Shown piece by piece: positions 30,543 through 42,972 of a DNA stretch of 64,000 nucleotides. The stretch lies in the NCBI GenBank assembly GCA_000182565.2, contig KQ257457.1; one strand, given 5' to 3'. The stretch's first letter is position 1; each line of letters opens with the position of its first letter. Position numbers and translations under genes: made by a program. The stretch comes from Spizellomyces punctatus DAOM BR117 (Eukaryota). A model generated the notes under the pieces. It was not told where the DNA came from. It ran no database searches and worked only from the letters and a program-made list of their open reading frames with translations.

Positions 30543-31379
30543 TGAACCCCTTTATTAGAATTTGTCGTTTTTAAACGATTTGCCCTTGTTTTGTTTTTTT
30601 TTTGCTGACGGGCAGGGCTCGTCCGCGTGTGGTTTGTGTGTTTTTTTTGTCGTCATGTTGAAATACGAGAATGATTGTCGGTCTACAAATTATGTCGACA
30701 CATGTGCCAATGATTTTCCATGAACTGGATGGTTCGATGGAAGACAAACGGAGGCATAAAAAAAAACAAATGGACCCTAATTTGCAATGCGGCATTAGTG
30801 TTCTTTGTTTATAATCGGAATCCATCGGCGGACATGGCATATGGATTTGCCCGCCTAGTAATGAAAATAAAAAAAAAAAACAAATCTGCAGAAACACAAT
30901 AGGCATATGCTGATGGTAAATTGCTGCTAAAAAAATGAACACTTTTGGGGGGAAACACTAATCTTGCAGAAGACGCGCCCCTTTTGGAGAGTGTCAGAAA
31001 ACGTGTTTTTGTCACTTGCAAGTGTTCAAGTGTTCCTTTTTTTTTTATTTCGTTGGATTGTCCATTGTCGCCCATCTAGAGACATTTCTTCTCGGCAGTT
31101 TGTTTTGTTTCATCCTTTTATTGACCCTTACAAGTGTTTTTTTTTTATCATTTTGATACCATTCAGCATAGTTGTTCAACAGGTTGGTGTTTTGTCCGTG
31201 TTTTTCCGTTTGGAATGTCTAGCAGCATTTTGCATGTTGATTTTGTTCTTTGACAAACAGTTTGTAGAGTAGCTTGTAGGCAGGTCATTTGCTGGAACTG
31301 GGCTTTATCTCTCTCGGGGGCAGACATTTCGTTTTTGGTACAGAACGAGACTCCTATCAGCTTGTCACACATACCGCCA

Positions 31380-33283
31380 ATGCCGCATACCCTGCACTCC
31401 GCCCATCAGCACTTTGACCATTATGATACCCATTCATCAAAGGGCCACTACAGCTATCCAACGCCTTTGGGTGAGGACTCTGTTAGGATGGATATCGACA
31501 GTGGAATCGACATGACGGCGTACAGCCCGGCGGATCTCTTTCGGGCTTTGATGGACGGAGACGGCGGCAATGTGGCTGCGACAACGAGAGTAGAGGTGGA
31601 TCATCGAGCGAACATGTATGGTGGAAAGGGCTTTCCTCACCAGCCAGAGCCCTCGTCTTTATCTTTGGACGCTTTGGAGCTACCCGATGGACTGATGGCA
31701 GATTCGATCCACCATATCAATCGAGGTTCAGGTCAGTCGGAATCGGGGCAGGATATGGTGTGGGATTCATCTTCCTCCTTTATGGAGACGTTGATGGTGC
31801 GTACTGCTGATATGTTGTGTATCGTCCCAACCAAACATCAACTAACTGGATCCTTTTGTCAGTCTCCTGACCTACCAACTACCACTTTTATCCATGACGC
31901 ATCGAATGCACCTGTTCCTCCCGCTTCCTCGACGACAACCATGCAACCCTGGATGACCTCTCCACCATCGCCAGCAGTGCACTATCAACTTTCTCCCCTT
32001 ACCGGCCCTCATCCCCCGCCCGTTATTCCTCATGAATCATATTCAACAGAACCAACTTCTCACCCAATCCTCCCCTCAGCAGATAGCGTCCTTTGTCATG
32101 ACACTCACCATCGACATGCGCTTCCTAGCCGTGAACGTTTTCCGCTAGAGATCCCTCGGCATACGTATCAACCGATGCGGAATGCCGCACTGATTCGGCG
32201 ATCAGTGTCCCTCACTAATTTGCATCAACAGCAACAGTACGTTTCTCAGCATGCAGCTATGACGCATGGGGCATTACCGATAGTTTCGCCGTCGTTGTCT
32301 GCTTCCGGAGATCCATATGTTTGGGTAAATTCACCATTACTCCTACCGGTTGCTACACCAACGTCTCAGCACATGACCGGAGGATACGCTGCCACAGCTG
32401 CATCAGCTAGTCCGGTGCAATTACCAGTTGTGGGCTCATCGCCCTCCCTGGTTCCATGTGAACCAAGCGCAGGCTCAAAGATGGCGTCCGAAAGACACAC
32501 TTTCAAAAGTCCGCGCATATTACCATCGAGGAAACCGCGTAGGCGATCTAGAACCGATGGAAGTGATGGATGGGAAGAGTCGCTTGGCGGGCCAACAGAG
32601 TCTTCCTCTGGAGTACCTCCTGGAGGAGTGAACTCCTCTTTGGATTATATCACACCTCCCCATCAGCCACATGATCCTCAGGCATCGTCTACGGAATTGC
32701 CCATGGTTGATATGCCTCCGGCGACCATGACCGCTTCGTCTCAGATGAAGACTGCCACGGCTGCTGTCACAAGGTTAGTTTCATCCTGGCTGTTGCTCTT
32801 CTACCCTGGCGTCAACTGACGTCTTTTCCCCCTCACCTCAGCGCATCACACAGCAAACCGGACTCGCCACCACCAACACCCCCGCTTTCCGCAAAAGTAA
32901 CCACCACACCTACACAATCCGAACTACTCGCTCGCCCACCACTGCCTTCATCCCCTGCATCAGACAGCAAGCCATCTGTCAAGACACCCCACAAAGTGTC
33001 GGAGAAAAGGCGAAGAGAACTTCTCAAAGGATGCTTTGACGAGCTGATTGCCCTCCTACCTTTTGATAATTGGTCAAATGACGATTACTTGGACGACGAT
33101 GATGAACGTGATACAAAGAGTGGAAAAGGACGAGGAAAGAAGCAACCGAATCGAATTGAAATTCTGCATCGGACAGTCAGGTATATTGATGGGATGGTGC
33201 AGAGACAGCGGGAGATGGATGATGAGATGGAGAGGCTGAGGAGGGAACTGGCTGCATTACACTTGAGTAAGAATGGACAATGA
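31380..33283 (+). CDS. bHLH(-zipper) transcription factor with a long Pro/Ser-rich N-terminus
   Basis: Basic region HKVSEKRRRELLKGCFDELIALLP (His-Glu-Arg pattern of CACGTG binders), helix 2 NRIEILHRTVRYI, then a heptad-like tail. Introns near 31797-31862 and 32774-32841. Confidence 0.85.
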
Positions 33284-33737
33284 GCAAGCATTCTGGGACT
33301 GTGTCTTGGACTTTTGGGGACATTCATGACGATAGGTCTTACAATGCCATTCTATCTTCGTACATATCATATATCACATAGTGCAATTTTATAATATACA
33401 TAATAGTTCCTTTGACGCTTTTCCTAATAGCTCCGTGCGCTTTTGCAAACGTTTTTGTTTGTTTGTTTTGAATCGGACTTTGCTGTCCGGATCTTGTCAT
33501 ATTTCCTGATTGAGCTCATCTTTCCCGATTAAGTTTAATGGAATATGCGACCTGTCAAGATCACCCAGACGGCTCGGCCTCCTCCTACCTTTTTGCCTTT
33601 TTGCGTACTCTTGTCGTTCTAAAGAAGGTGGGTAGAGAGACTCATCGGTTTTAGTGGTCCAGAAGGGCATTTGGGCAAGAGTCCGTTAACATTCTTTGAC
33701 ACTCTGTCCCCACGTACCTGTTTAGTACCTGGAAGGA

Positions 33738-36700
33738 ATGCCTGCGCCGAAAACCAACCCGCTCACAGCTTGGCTAAACCGCAATGGAATAGGCCCCGCA
33801 CAAACACCCACTCCCAAGAAGCCGACAAGAGACGTCTCACCTCTAGAAAATTCCCCCGGGGTCTACATAACTCCGTACCGGCCACGCAAAAGTGAAGCTT
33901 TTGTAGAGTTGAGCACGAGCAGCAGCAGCAGCAGCAAGTCCAAACGAAAATCCGAGAGTGTACTGGGCGGTTCCGAGAAGAAGAGGAGGGAAGGGGACAA
34001 GAAAGTGGATAGTGTCATACCTGTTGGGAACAAGCAAAAAAGAAAGCCTTTGGGAGGAAGCAGTAGTAAAAAGTATTCCAGTCGCGTTTCACGTCCGGAA
34101 GAGGACGACAAGGGGAAGAAGCAGCGTCTGCTGGCTTTTGGGGCCAAGGGTGAGAGTGACCTGAACGAGTCAGTGGTGAGTTTGAGTTACCTTGTTGAGT
34201 CTCATGTGGGTATTGGACATTATTGACATTGGTCCCTTCCATCAGTCGGTTGCCAATGGCTCTCCTTCAGGGGCATATGGATCTTGCTCATCGTCTCGGA
34301 TGCTATCCGCACCGCAGGTAAGGAAACTCTAGAAAATTGCTACACGGAGGGTAATATGACAAACCCTTTTGTGTCTTTAATAGGCTTCTTCTGCTAAAGC
34401 CGGCTATAAGCAATCCTGTCTGCAATTCCCAATGACCGGATCTCCTATCTCGGCACCCATCCCCAACACATCCTCTTCAACCTCCCTTACGAACCAGCCC
34501 ATCGAACTCACGTTTGCATCTTCTGCTCTTGTCAAGAAGCCAAAGAAAGTTATGGAAGACCTTGCGCCCGAGATGATACCTTTTAGTAAACCTCTACCAT
34601 CCCTTGAACGTGTCCCTATCCCTGGGACTCGGTGGTTGTTGCCCGGAGAGATAATGGATTTGATGGCTGTTGTGGACTTTGTGCGCACGTTTGGTGACGA
34701 TGTCTTTGGATTGGGAGATACCACTTCTTGGGAGCTGAGTACGCACCGTTCTATGATGCTAAGCAAGCTATAAGGGCATATGCTCAATGAATGTTTTGCA
34801 GATTGTATGGTGGACGCTGTGTGTCATTCCAGTAGTCATTCTAAGATGTTACTGGAGATGTATTGTCTTTTGGTGAATGCCATCGATCATCATGCACAGG
34901 TGGACATGATCCGTCTGCAACATCGAGTAGCGGAACTCATGCAAGGTCACTCTGATTCTACACTCGGCCAAGCCTTAAAGTCGCAAGAGATTGCCATGAT
35001 GGATCCCTCCACCCATGTGAAGATATTGTCAACCCTCACTCAAAAGGTGATGGAAACAGATGCATTTCGAGAGGTGATAAAGTTGAACCATGATAGATTG
35101 CAAGAGATGCGGAAGGATAAATGGACCTCAGCGATAAAGAAGAAGGAGCGTAAATCTGATATTGCCGAACTTGAGCAGCAAATCACTGAAATTGACGCAC
35201 AAATTGCGGCCATTGATGCAGAGCTACGCGAAAAGAGTGCTAGCGCCGATGCACCAACCGGTACTACTGATGAAGATGGAACGGATTCCACTGACAGTAC
35301 CCGTGGGGGAACTTTTCTCCGTCGATTGGTGGACCGTGATAGAAGTGATAAACTCCGAAAGATGCAAGCCGAGCGCCGATTAGAGGCGGCAACATTGGCC
35401 CGACAACGGAATCTATTGGTCAACAAATGTCACCGGGCTGAGAAGGAAGTGGAAGAATTGGAAGAGGCTGATCTAAACTGGCCGTCAAGATACGATGCGG
35501 TGAAGAGAATGCTCAGGAATGATACCATGAGAGTTGCTGGTTTGGATAGGGACGGACGCGTCTACTGGTGGGTGACTGTTAAGGGACAAGAGTTAAGAGG
35601 TCAACGTAGCGAACAGGAAGATACCAACGGCGAAGAAGACAAGATGGATCGGGCTATAGAGCCAGATTCAAAAAGGACCACCGAGTCAGTTGATGACAAA
35701 GACCCCGATATATACGGTGTTCTTGTGGAACAATATACCTATGCCTACCATGATGCCACACCAGGAACATTGTCACCCGTGCTGTCCCTTGACCCAAAGG
35801 GGAAAGGCAAAGCGCCAGCGTATCTTGTGGAGGCCAGTCGATATTACACACCACCCGACAACGCCGCCAAGCGGCACATCCGAGCAACCTGCACTACCGA
35901 ATTCTCTTACATTGATTCCCTGTCGACTTTGACAAAGCTTTATCGATCATTAAATTCCCATGGATTGAGGGAGAAAGAACTACGGAATGGATTAAAGACA
36001 TTTTTAGGTCCTTCTGGCGAGGTTTTTGAAGTAAAAGGTAGGAAAGGGGTCGCTGCTAAACGAGTAGAGAATGCTTTACAAGCTTTCGGCGACTGGATCA
36101 AAGGTGTCGACCGTGTAGAATTGGATCAAGGGGGAGGGGAATACCGTCGGTTGATGGTTGATGGTGTTTTGGAACTTGTCAAAAAGTTTGGCAAGGGTTG
36201 CGGATTGAATGTACAGGAAGCTGTACAAGAAATTAGACACCGGGTACATGATGGGGATGAGGGTGTGGAGGTCATTGTTGAGATCCTATCTAAATGGATT
36301 GAAACGGGAAACTGCATGCTAAGTGACACGACAAAGGACGGCCTTGGGGAAATCAAGACATTTTCTGGGGTAGCCGTGTGGTGCTCGAATGCAACTGCAG
36401 AACACTTGCAGATGACTCGAGATGTAATAAAACAGCAGCGAGTAGAGCGAGAACAGAAGGATGTAAGAAAGCAGCAGCCGGAAGAGCGAAAAAAGATTGA
36501 GAAGCCACAGAGAGCTGCTTCTGGATTTCAACGAACACGCTCTGGACGACGCGTCAATGCTACGCAGTCAACTCAGCTTTCTGAGAAAGATTTTGATTCT
36601 ATTCTACGAAAGGCTGAACGTCAGCAAACCCGCGAAAGCCACTCTGAAGGCGAGGAAACAACTGATGAAGTGGACAACAGTGACAGCGATCCAGTAACTG

Positions 36701-37131
36701 CTCGTCCTCGACGAAGCAGTCGTCTTGGTAAAAATCATGCAGTTGCAACTGCTATGACCACGAGGTCGGGACGGACTCTTACTGGAGGAGAAAGTGACAG
36801 ACGAAGTCGGGTTGAGTGGCAATTTGGAGATGATGACAGTGCTAGCGAGGATGAGAGAGCAAAAAGAGCTAGACGAAGGGCGCAAATCACAAAATCTGAT
36901 GACGAAGAAGAAGGGGAGGGGGACCAAGACGAGGAGGATGAAGACGAAGGGAGTCCAGATGCCGATGACGATGTTGATGACGAAAAACAATTCACGTTGT
37001 CACTACGCCCGAGAGCGCGAAATGCGAAAGTTATGATGGATGAAAGTGAAGCAGAGGATGATGACGAAAAAGATAACGATGAAAATGGTGATGGTGACCA
37101 GAATTACGCCTCCAGTGATGATGAGATATAG
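33738..37131 (+). CDS. DDT/WHIM(WSD)-domain chromatin protein (ISWI-accessory type)
   Basis: DDT-like IMDLMAVVDFVRTFG, coiled coil, WHIM2-like GLDRDGRVYWW, WHIM3-like LYRSLNSHGLREKELRNGL, acidic C-terminus. Confidence 0.75.
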
Positions 37132-38718
37132 AAGAACTAGGGTAGTCTTTTCGCGTAATTATAATAACAATAAGTTTGCTACAGTAAACAAGTGGACGAC
37201 AAACTCCCTGCGCCATGATCCCGATAGTAAAAGCGCTTTGCATAGTCCCATAATTATACGCTTATTGTTTGATACAAATACGTCTCTGCCATCCCATTCG
37301 CACAATTGTGTTATGTATATTGAACAAATATCAGAAAGAATCCCTTTGCAGTCCATTCCCCAAGTCTACCCTGTCGCTGTTACGATCGCATCAATACATG
37401 GAGATGGATGCTCGTGGCAGTTGCCAAGATTACAATCTGATGTTGCATCCCCATCTCGCGCTAATCTATTTTCGTGTTTTTTTGGTACCACGGATCAAAA
37501 GACAAACCCCTGGGTACAACCACGTTGTCCACAAAAAAAAATAAAAAATAACGGCAAGCGCATGCGCATTTGAAAATTGAACAAAAAAAAAAAAACAGTT
37601 GACTGGCGGAAACATGGCTTTTGTTTACCACGGGCACAAACGGCGACAAGATTACCAAAGCACACATGTTGAAAGATATCACACGTGGCTGCCGATTGTC
37701 TTGATCATGGAAACTGTGGGTTAAGATTCGAATGGAATGTAGGTGGTTTGTGCGACTTGTGTGTGTGTGGCAGGGTTATTAAACGATATTAAACGATACA
37801 CTAAGGTTTTTTCGTTTGCGTTTTTGTATGAGATCATGGTGGGCTAATTACTGGAGGTTTTATATATCATTCTATGGCAAAATGTATTGAGAGCTCTGGC
37901 ATTCATGTGGGATGTTTGTATTACGCTCCAGCTATTGCGTATAGTCCTATCAGGTTGATTGCATAGCCGGCAAATCGAGAATGTAGAGCAGTAAATTCAA
38001 CCTCAATGCGTAGTTTGGACGATTAGCTGTCAGCTCTGGTCCCAACGATGTATATGGCGCTGTGGGTAATTGTCCTTTTTGAAATCGGCTGCTACTACTG
38101 CAATACTGACGATGGAGACTGTCCAGACGCGTCTTCCGGGCCAAGCACACTTTCCCAGTGGTAATAGCTACAGTAGAAGACTGGTACATTATTTCACATC
38201 TTGCGTACTCGTGCTTCCTTCCACCACATCCCATTCCTTATCCACCGAGCAATCTTTCAATAGCATCCATATGACAAAAAACCGTATGCGCTCCAGAACC
38301 ACACCCAGGGTTTAATCAATATAGGCAATGAAATTATCAATATCAAATATTAGGCTTCACTCCTTAACAGATGTACATAATGCGACAAGAGGTGCGATGT
38401 GAATCAATTAGTCCTTCCATAAACAGATGCAATATTCTATAAGCAATCATGATAGTTGTTATGGGGAAGGTAATTCGCACTCAGCGTATGTAAGCCGCAA
38501 GCTTGCGTGGTCACAGTCATCATCTAAGTACACTTCTTGGGCTTGAAGTGACTGCTTCGTTGTTGTGGAGAGTCGCAATTTAAGACCGACTCGATCTAGT
38601 CAGCGCAAATTGTTCTGAAGCAACTCATTCACAAACAAGAAATAAACAAGACTGGCATATAAAGTCGCTGAACTTTGTCAATTGAAGGAAAAGACTTGAC
38701 TGCAGAAATCAATAGAAA

Positions 38719-39847
38719 ATGACCACGATTGAACCTATTCGAGGCAAGCTGGGATCCAACATCATCGGCCCCCGCAATTATGAGCGAGAACGACCATCAG
38801 TGGACCTAGTACGACCTCCTGAAACGGACTCGGGAACCTTACCTTCCTACAAGTGGTCCTTTGCAGACTCGCACATCCGCATCGAAGACGCAAACTACTG
38901 TACGAGAACTTCCCACCTCCGTAGAGCTCGCTGGAGTCAACATGCGACTCGATGAAGGAGCCATCCGCGAGCTTCATTGGCACAACGAGGCAGAGTGGGC
39001 TTACATGCTTGAAGGGTCTTGCAGGATCACTGTTCTGGATCTTGAGGGAGGTGTGTACGAAGCAGATCTGCAGAAGGGAGACCTCTGGTACTTTCCCACG
39101 GGACGTCCGCACTCTATTCAAGGAATCGGAAAAGGCGGGTGCGAGTTTCTGCTCATTTTTGACGACGGCAACTTTTCAGAGGACTCGACGTTCCTGCTGA
39201 CCGACTGGCTCGCGCACACGCCCAAAGAAGTGCTGGCAAAAAACTTTAACCTCGAGCCATCGTTGTTTGATAGTCTCTCCAAGAAGGAAAAGTACATTTT
39301 CCGTGGTCTTGTACCCGATGCCAGCAAGCCGAGCACGCCGCCAAATGCGACTCCGTCCAAGTACCGTTTCTCACACCAAATGCTAGCTCAGGAGCCCCTC
39401 AAGACCCCCGGAGGCGAGGTGAGAATTACCGACACCTCCAACTTTCCAGTATCCAAGACCGTCTCTGCTGCTCATGTGATCATTCATCCACATCACCTTC
39501 GGGAGATGCACTGGCATCCCAACGCAGACGAATGGTCCTACTTTATCAGGGGTAAGGCCAGGGTCACCGTCTTTGCATCCGAAGGCCATGCGCGTACGAC
39601 CACATACCAAGCGGGTGACGTGGGCATCATTCCGAGGAACATGGGTCACTACGTCGAGAATGTCGGCGACGAAGAAGTGGAGATGCTCGAGATCTTCCGT
39701 GCTCCCAGGTTTGAGGATTTCTCGCTGGACCAGTGGCTTGCACAAACGCCGGCAATAATGGTCTTGGAGCATCTCAATCTGCAAGACAAGGAGGAAGGCG
39801 AGAAGTTCCTAAAGGCGCTTCACCTCACCAAGGTGCCAATCAAGTGA
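38719..39847 (+). pseudogene. oxdC: Oxalate decarboxylase (bicupin), intronless, apparently frameshifted near 38887-38890
   Basis: The frame starting at 38719 gives PIRG...PPETDSG...KWSFADSHIRIE. A second frame continues QTTVRELPTS...IRELHWHNEAEW...PHSIQ, lid SEDST, REMHWHPNADEW...GHYVEN. The expected xGGWxR peptide between them is missing. Could be a pseudogene or an assembly error. Confidence 0.75.
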
Positions 39848-40355
39848 ACGGTATAGTAGATGGGATATTGTGCTATATTGCGAGTAAATATGTGAATAGC
39901 TCAATTGCAGTGGAATGTAGGTATAGGATAGCAGAGTTTGCAAATTATGGCAAATTGGGATGGCATGTTTGTATAATGTAGCAAATATGGTATAGGAGTA
40001 GCATTTCATGGTGGTCGCAGATAAAATGAGCATTTGGCGAACCGGTGTTAACGATGAGAACATGTCCATTTGAAAGAGCCGGTGATTCCGACCCCAAACG
40101 AATTCAGATATTCAATGCCCTACAAGGTAAAGACCAGTTCATGTGCTGTATTGGAGCAACAATCATGATGCAACCACTTTGGTCTCCTTCCAAATCTTGC
40201 CCATGTGCAGGAGAAAAGCTATTGCTACGTACATCTTTTGAAAACTTCCGTGGTTGATACCTATTATTGCTTCTGCTTAAACCACCACAGCGGAAGGCCG
40301 TAGGCGATATTGCCATAGCAACACATTGTATGACTGTTCACGAAGATTCGAGTGC

Positions 40356-40364
40356 ATGACTCAT
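40356..40364. promoter_or_regulatory. Perfect Gcn4/AP-1-type bZIP site ATGACTCAT upstream of HSP60
   Basis: Exact 9-mer about 260 nt upstream of the HSP60 ATG. Motif match only. Confidence 0.25.
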
Positions 40365-40623
40365 CCATAAATGACTACTAAGCGCACTTTTAACCAATCA
40401 TATTCTAATATGGATGCTTAGCAACAAAAGTCTCCGTTCTAGCAGATAGAACACTACAGAAGGATTTGTTCTGCTTAAGGGCAACCATCTTCGCTGCAGT
40501 TCTTCTTGCTTCCGTCCATCATCCCTTTCACGCAAGGACAGGTAAGGGTCTTATTTGCTCTATATGACTTGGATTTTCTCTCATCACCTCCTACACACGC
40601 GATTTCCTATAGCAATCACAGTC

Positions 40624-42518
40624 ATGTTCCGCGCATCAACAAAGCTTGCACGATCTACCCTTTCGGCGCCCGCCAGAAATGTTCTACAGGCGAGGAACTT
40701 TGGTGGACACAAGGAGATCCAGTTCGGTCAGGATGGAAGGCAAGCGTTGGCGAGGGGTGTGGATATTTTGGCCAAGGCCGTGGCAGTGACTCTGGGACCA
40801 AAGGGGCGAAATGTGATCATTGGTGGGTATTCTCTCTGATCGATACATTGGCCGTCCACTCTCAATAACACGCTACGCTACAGAACAGGCCTATGGGTCA
40901 CCAAAGATCACAAAGGACGGTGTGACTGTCGCAAAGTCGATTGTTTTGGAGGACAAGTTTGAGAACTTGGGTGCTCGTCTCGTGCAGGACGTGGCCAACA
41001 AAACAAACGAGATTGCTGGTGATGGTACTACGACAGCTACCGTCTTGACCCGTGCAATCTTCATGGAGGGAATGAAAAATGTTGCCGCTGGTGTTAATCC
41101 CACCGAGATGAGAAAAGGTGTGCAACAGGCTGTTGACACTGTTGTCAAGGTTCTGCAAGAGAACAAGCGCAACATCACCACTTCCCAGGAAATTGCGCAG
41201 GTTGCAACCATCTCTGCCAACGGCGATAAGCACGTTGGTCAGCTGATCGCGCAGGCCATGGAAAAGGTTGGAAAAGAAGGCGTCATCACCGTTCAAGAAG
41301 GGAAAACTCTTGTAGACGAGCTTGACATTACTGAAGGAATGCGCTTCGATCGTGGTTACATCTCCCCGTACTTCATCACCGACACTCGCACTCAGAAGGT
41401 TGAGTTCGAGAAGCCCTTGATCTTGCTATCTGAACGCAAGATCTCGTTGCTTCAGGATCTCCTCCCCGCGCTTGAAATCGCCGCGACTCGTCGTCGCCCT
41501 CTCCTCATTATTGCAGAGGACGTTGATGGTGAGGCCCTTGCAGCTTGTATTTTGAACAAGCTCCGCGGTCAGGTCCAGGTTTGCGCTGTGAAGGCCCCCG
41601 GTTTCGGTGACAACCGTAAGGCTATGCTCCAGGACATGGCTATTCTTACTGGAGGCACCGTGTTCAGCGACGAGGTTGACTTGAAGCTCGAGAAGGTTGG
41701 TATAGTAGGAGCGCTTGATCATAACGCGTGGATCAGGATCTGACCAGTAATGCTTAAATGTGCAGTGTACCCCTGAGGACCTTGGTGCAGCCAACTCGGC
41801 CACCATTACAAAGGATGACACTATCTTCCTCAACGGTGCTGGCTCGAAAGATGCAATCAGCCAACGTGCCGAGCAACTCCGCTCCCTCATTGCTAGTACG
41901 ACCTCAGAATACGAAAAGGAGAAACTCCAGGAGCGTCTCGCCAAACTTGCGGGTGGGGTGGCCGTTATCAAGGTCGGTGGATCGTCCGAAGTTGAGGTGG
42001 GCGAGAAGAAGGATCGATTCGTCGATGCCCTGAACGCTACTCGTGCTGCTGTTGAGGAAGGTATTGTTCCTGGTGGAGGTACAGCCCTTCTCAAGGCTTC
42101 CAGGCACCTTGACTCTATCAAGCCTGACAACTTCGATCAGAGCCTTGGTGTGGACATTGTCCGCAAGGCCGTTCAGGCGCCTTGCAAGACAATTGTAAAT
42201 AATGCTGGAGAGGAGGGAGCTGTCGTCGTTGGCCGTTTGCTCGAGAGCTACAACGTGCCTGCCGAAGGTGCCAAAGATGCCAAAGAGAGCAACTTCAACT
42301 ACGGATACAATGCGGCAACAGGAAAGTACGTGGACATGATCCAAGAAGGTATCATCGACCCCCTCAAGGTTGTCCGCACTGCCCTTGTGGACGCTAGCGG
42401 TGTTGCGTCCCTTCTTACCACAACCGAGTGCATGGTTGTAGATGCTCCCAAGAAGGACGTTCCTGCACCGGCAATGGGTGGTATGGGTGGTATGGGTGGC
42501 ATGGGTGGAATGATGTAA
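40624..42518 (+). CDS. HSP60: Mitochondrial chaperonin 60
   Basis: Presequence [51 protein letters not shown], terminal GGM repeats. Two coding introns plus a probable 5'UTR intron (about 40542-40611). Confidence 0.98.
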
Positions 42519-42972
42519 GAATCGCCATCACAGAAGCGTATATTAGGCATGGTGTCACGTCGGATGTAGGAAGGCATTTTAGCATAGAGTTTCTTTTGCA
42601 TTGTCTGTAGCGCGGTTAGCAGCATGGTGCACTCACAAGCGCGGATTTTGGGATTAGGGTTGGTTAACGGCGTGGGGGACCTACTTTGTATCATACCTTT
42701 TTAAACTTTTTCATAGAACAAATTCAATTTGAACAGAAAATCTCATGTTAACTGTCCTTGCGTTGATTCCCTGGGTGCAGCCCAACCTCGTGACACGATT
42801 CCAACCACGGCATCCCAGGTGACATAATGCGGGGTTCTAGAGAAAGTAAGCAGGACGGATCTAGAGATCTGCAACCTTTTGAATTTGAGGGAGAGAACAA
42901 CGAGCAGCACATGCACCTACTGGTCGATCTCTCCAGCCATAGAGCAGATACGCCCGATTTCCTCTCTCCGAG

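Noticed and set aside
37950-38315. Short ORFs upstream of oxdC as a transposon relic
   Set aside because: No transposase or reverse-transcriptase motifs and no terminal repeats recognised.
40430-40480. Possible heat-shock element upstream of HSP60
   Set aside because: The GAA/TTC units are not in a clean alternating nGAAn register.
40891-42694. Long antisense ORFs over HSP60
   Set aside because: Typical shadow frames caused by strong codon bias in a highly conserved gene; no independent coding signal.
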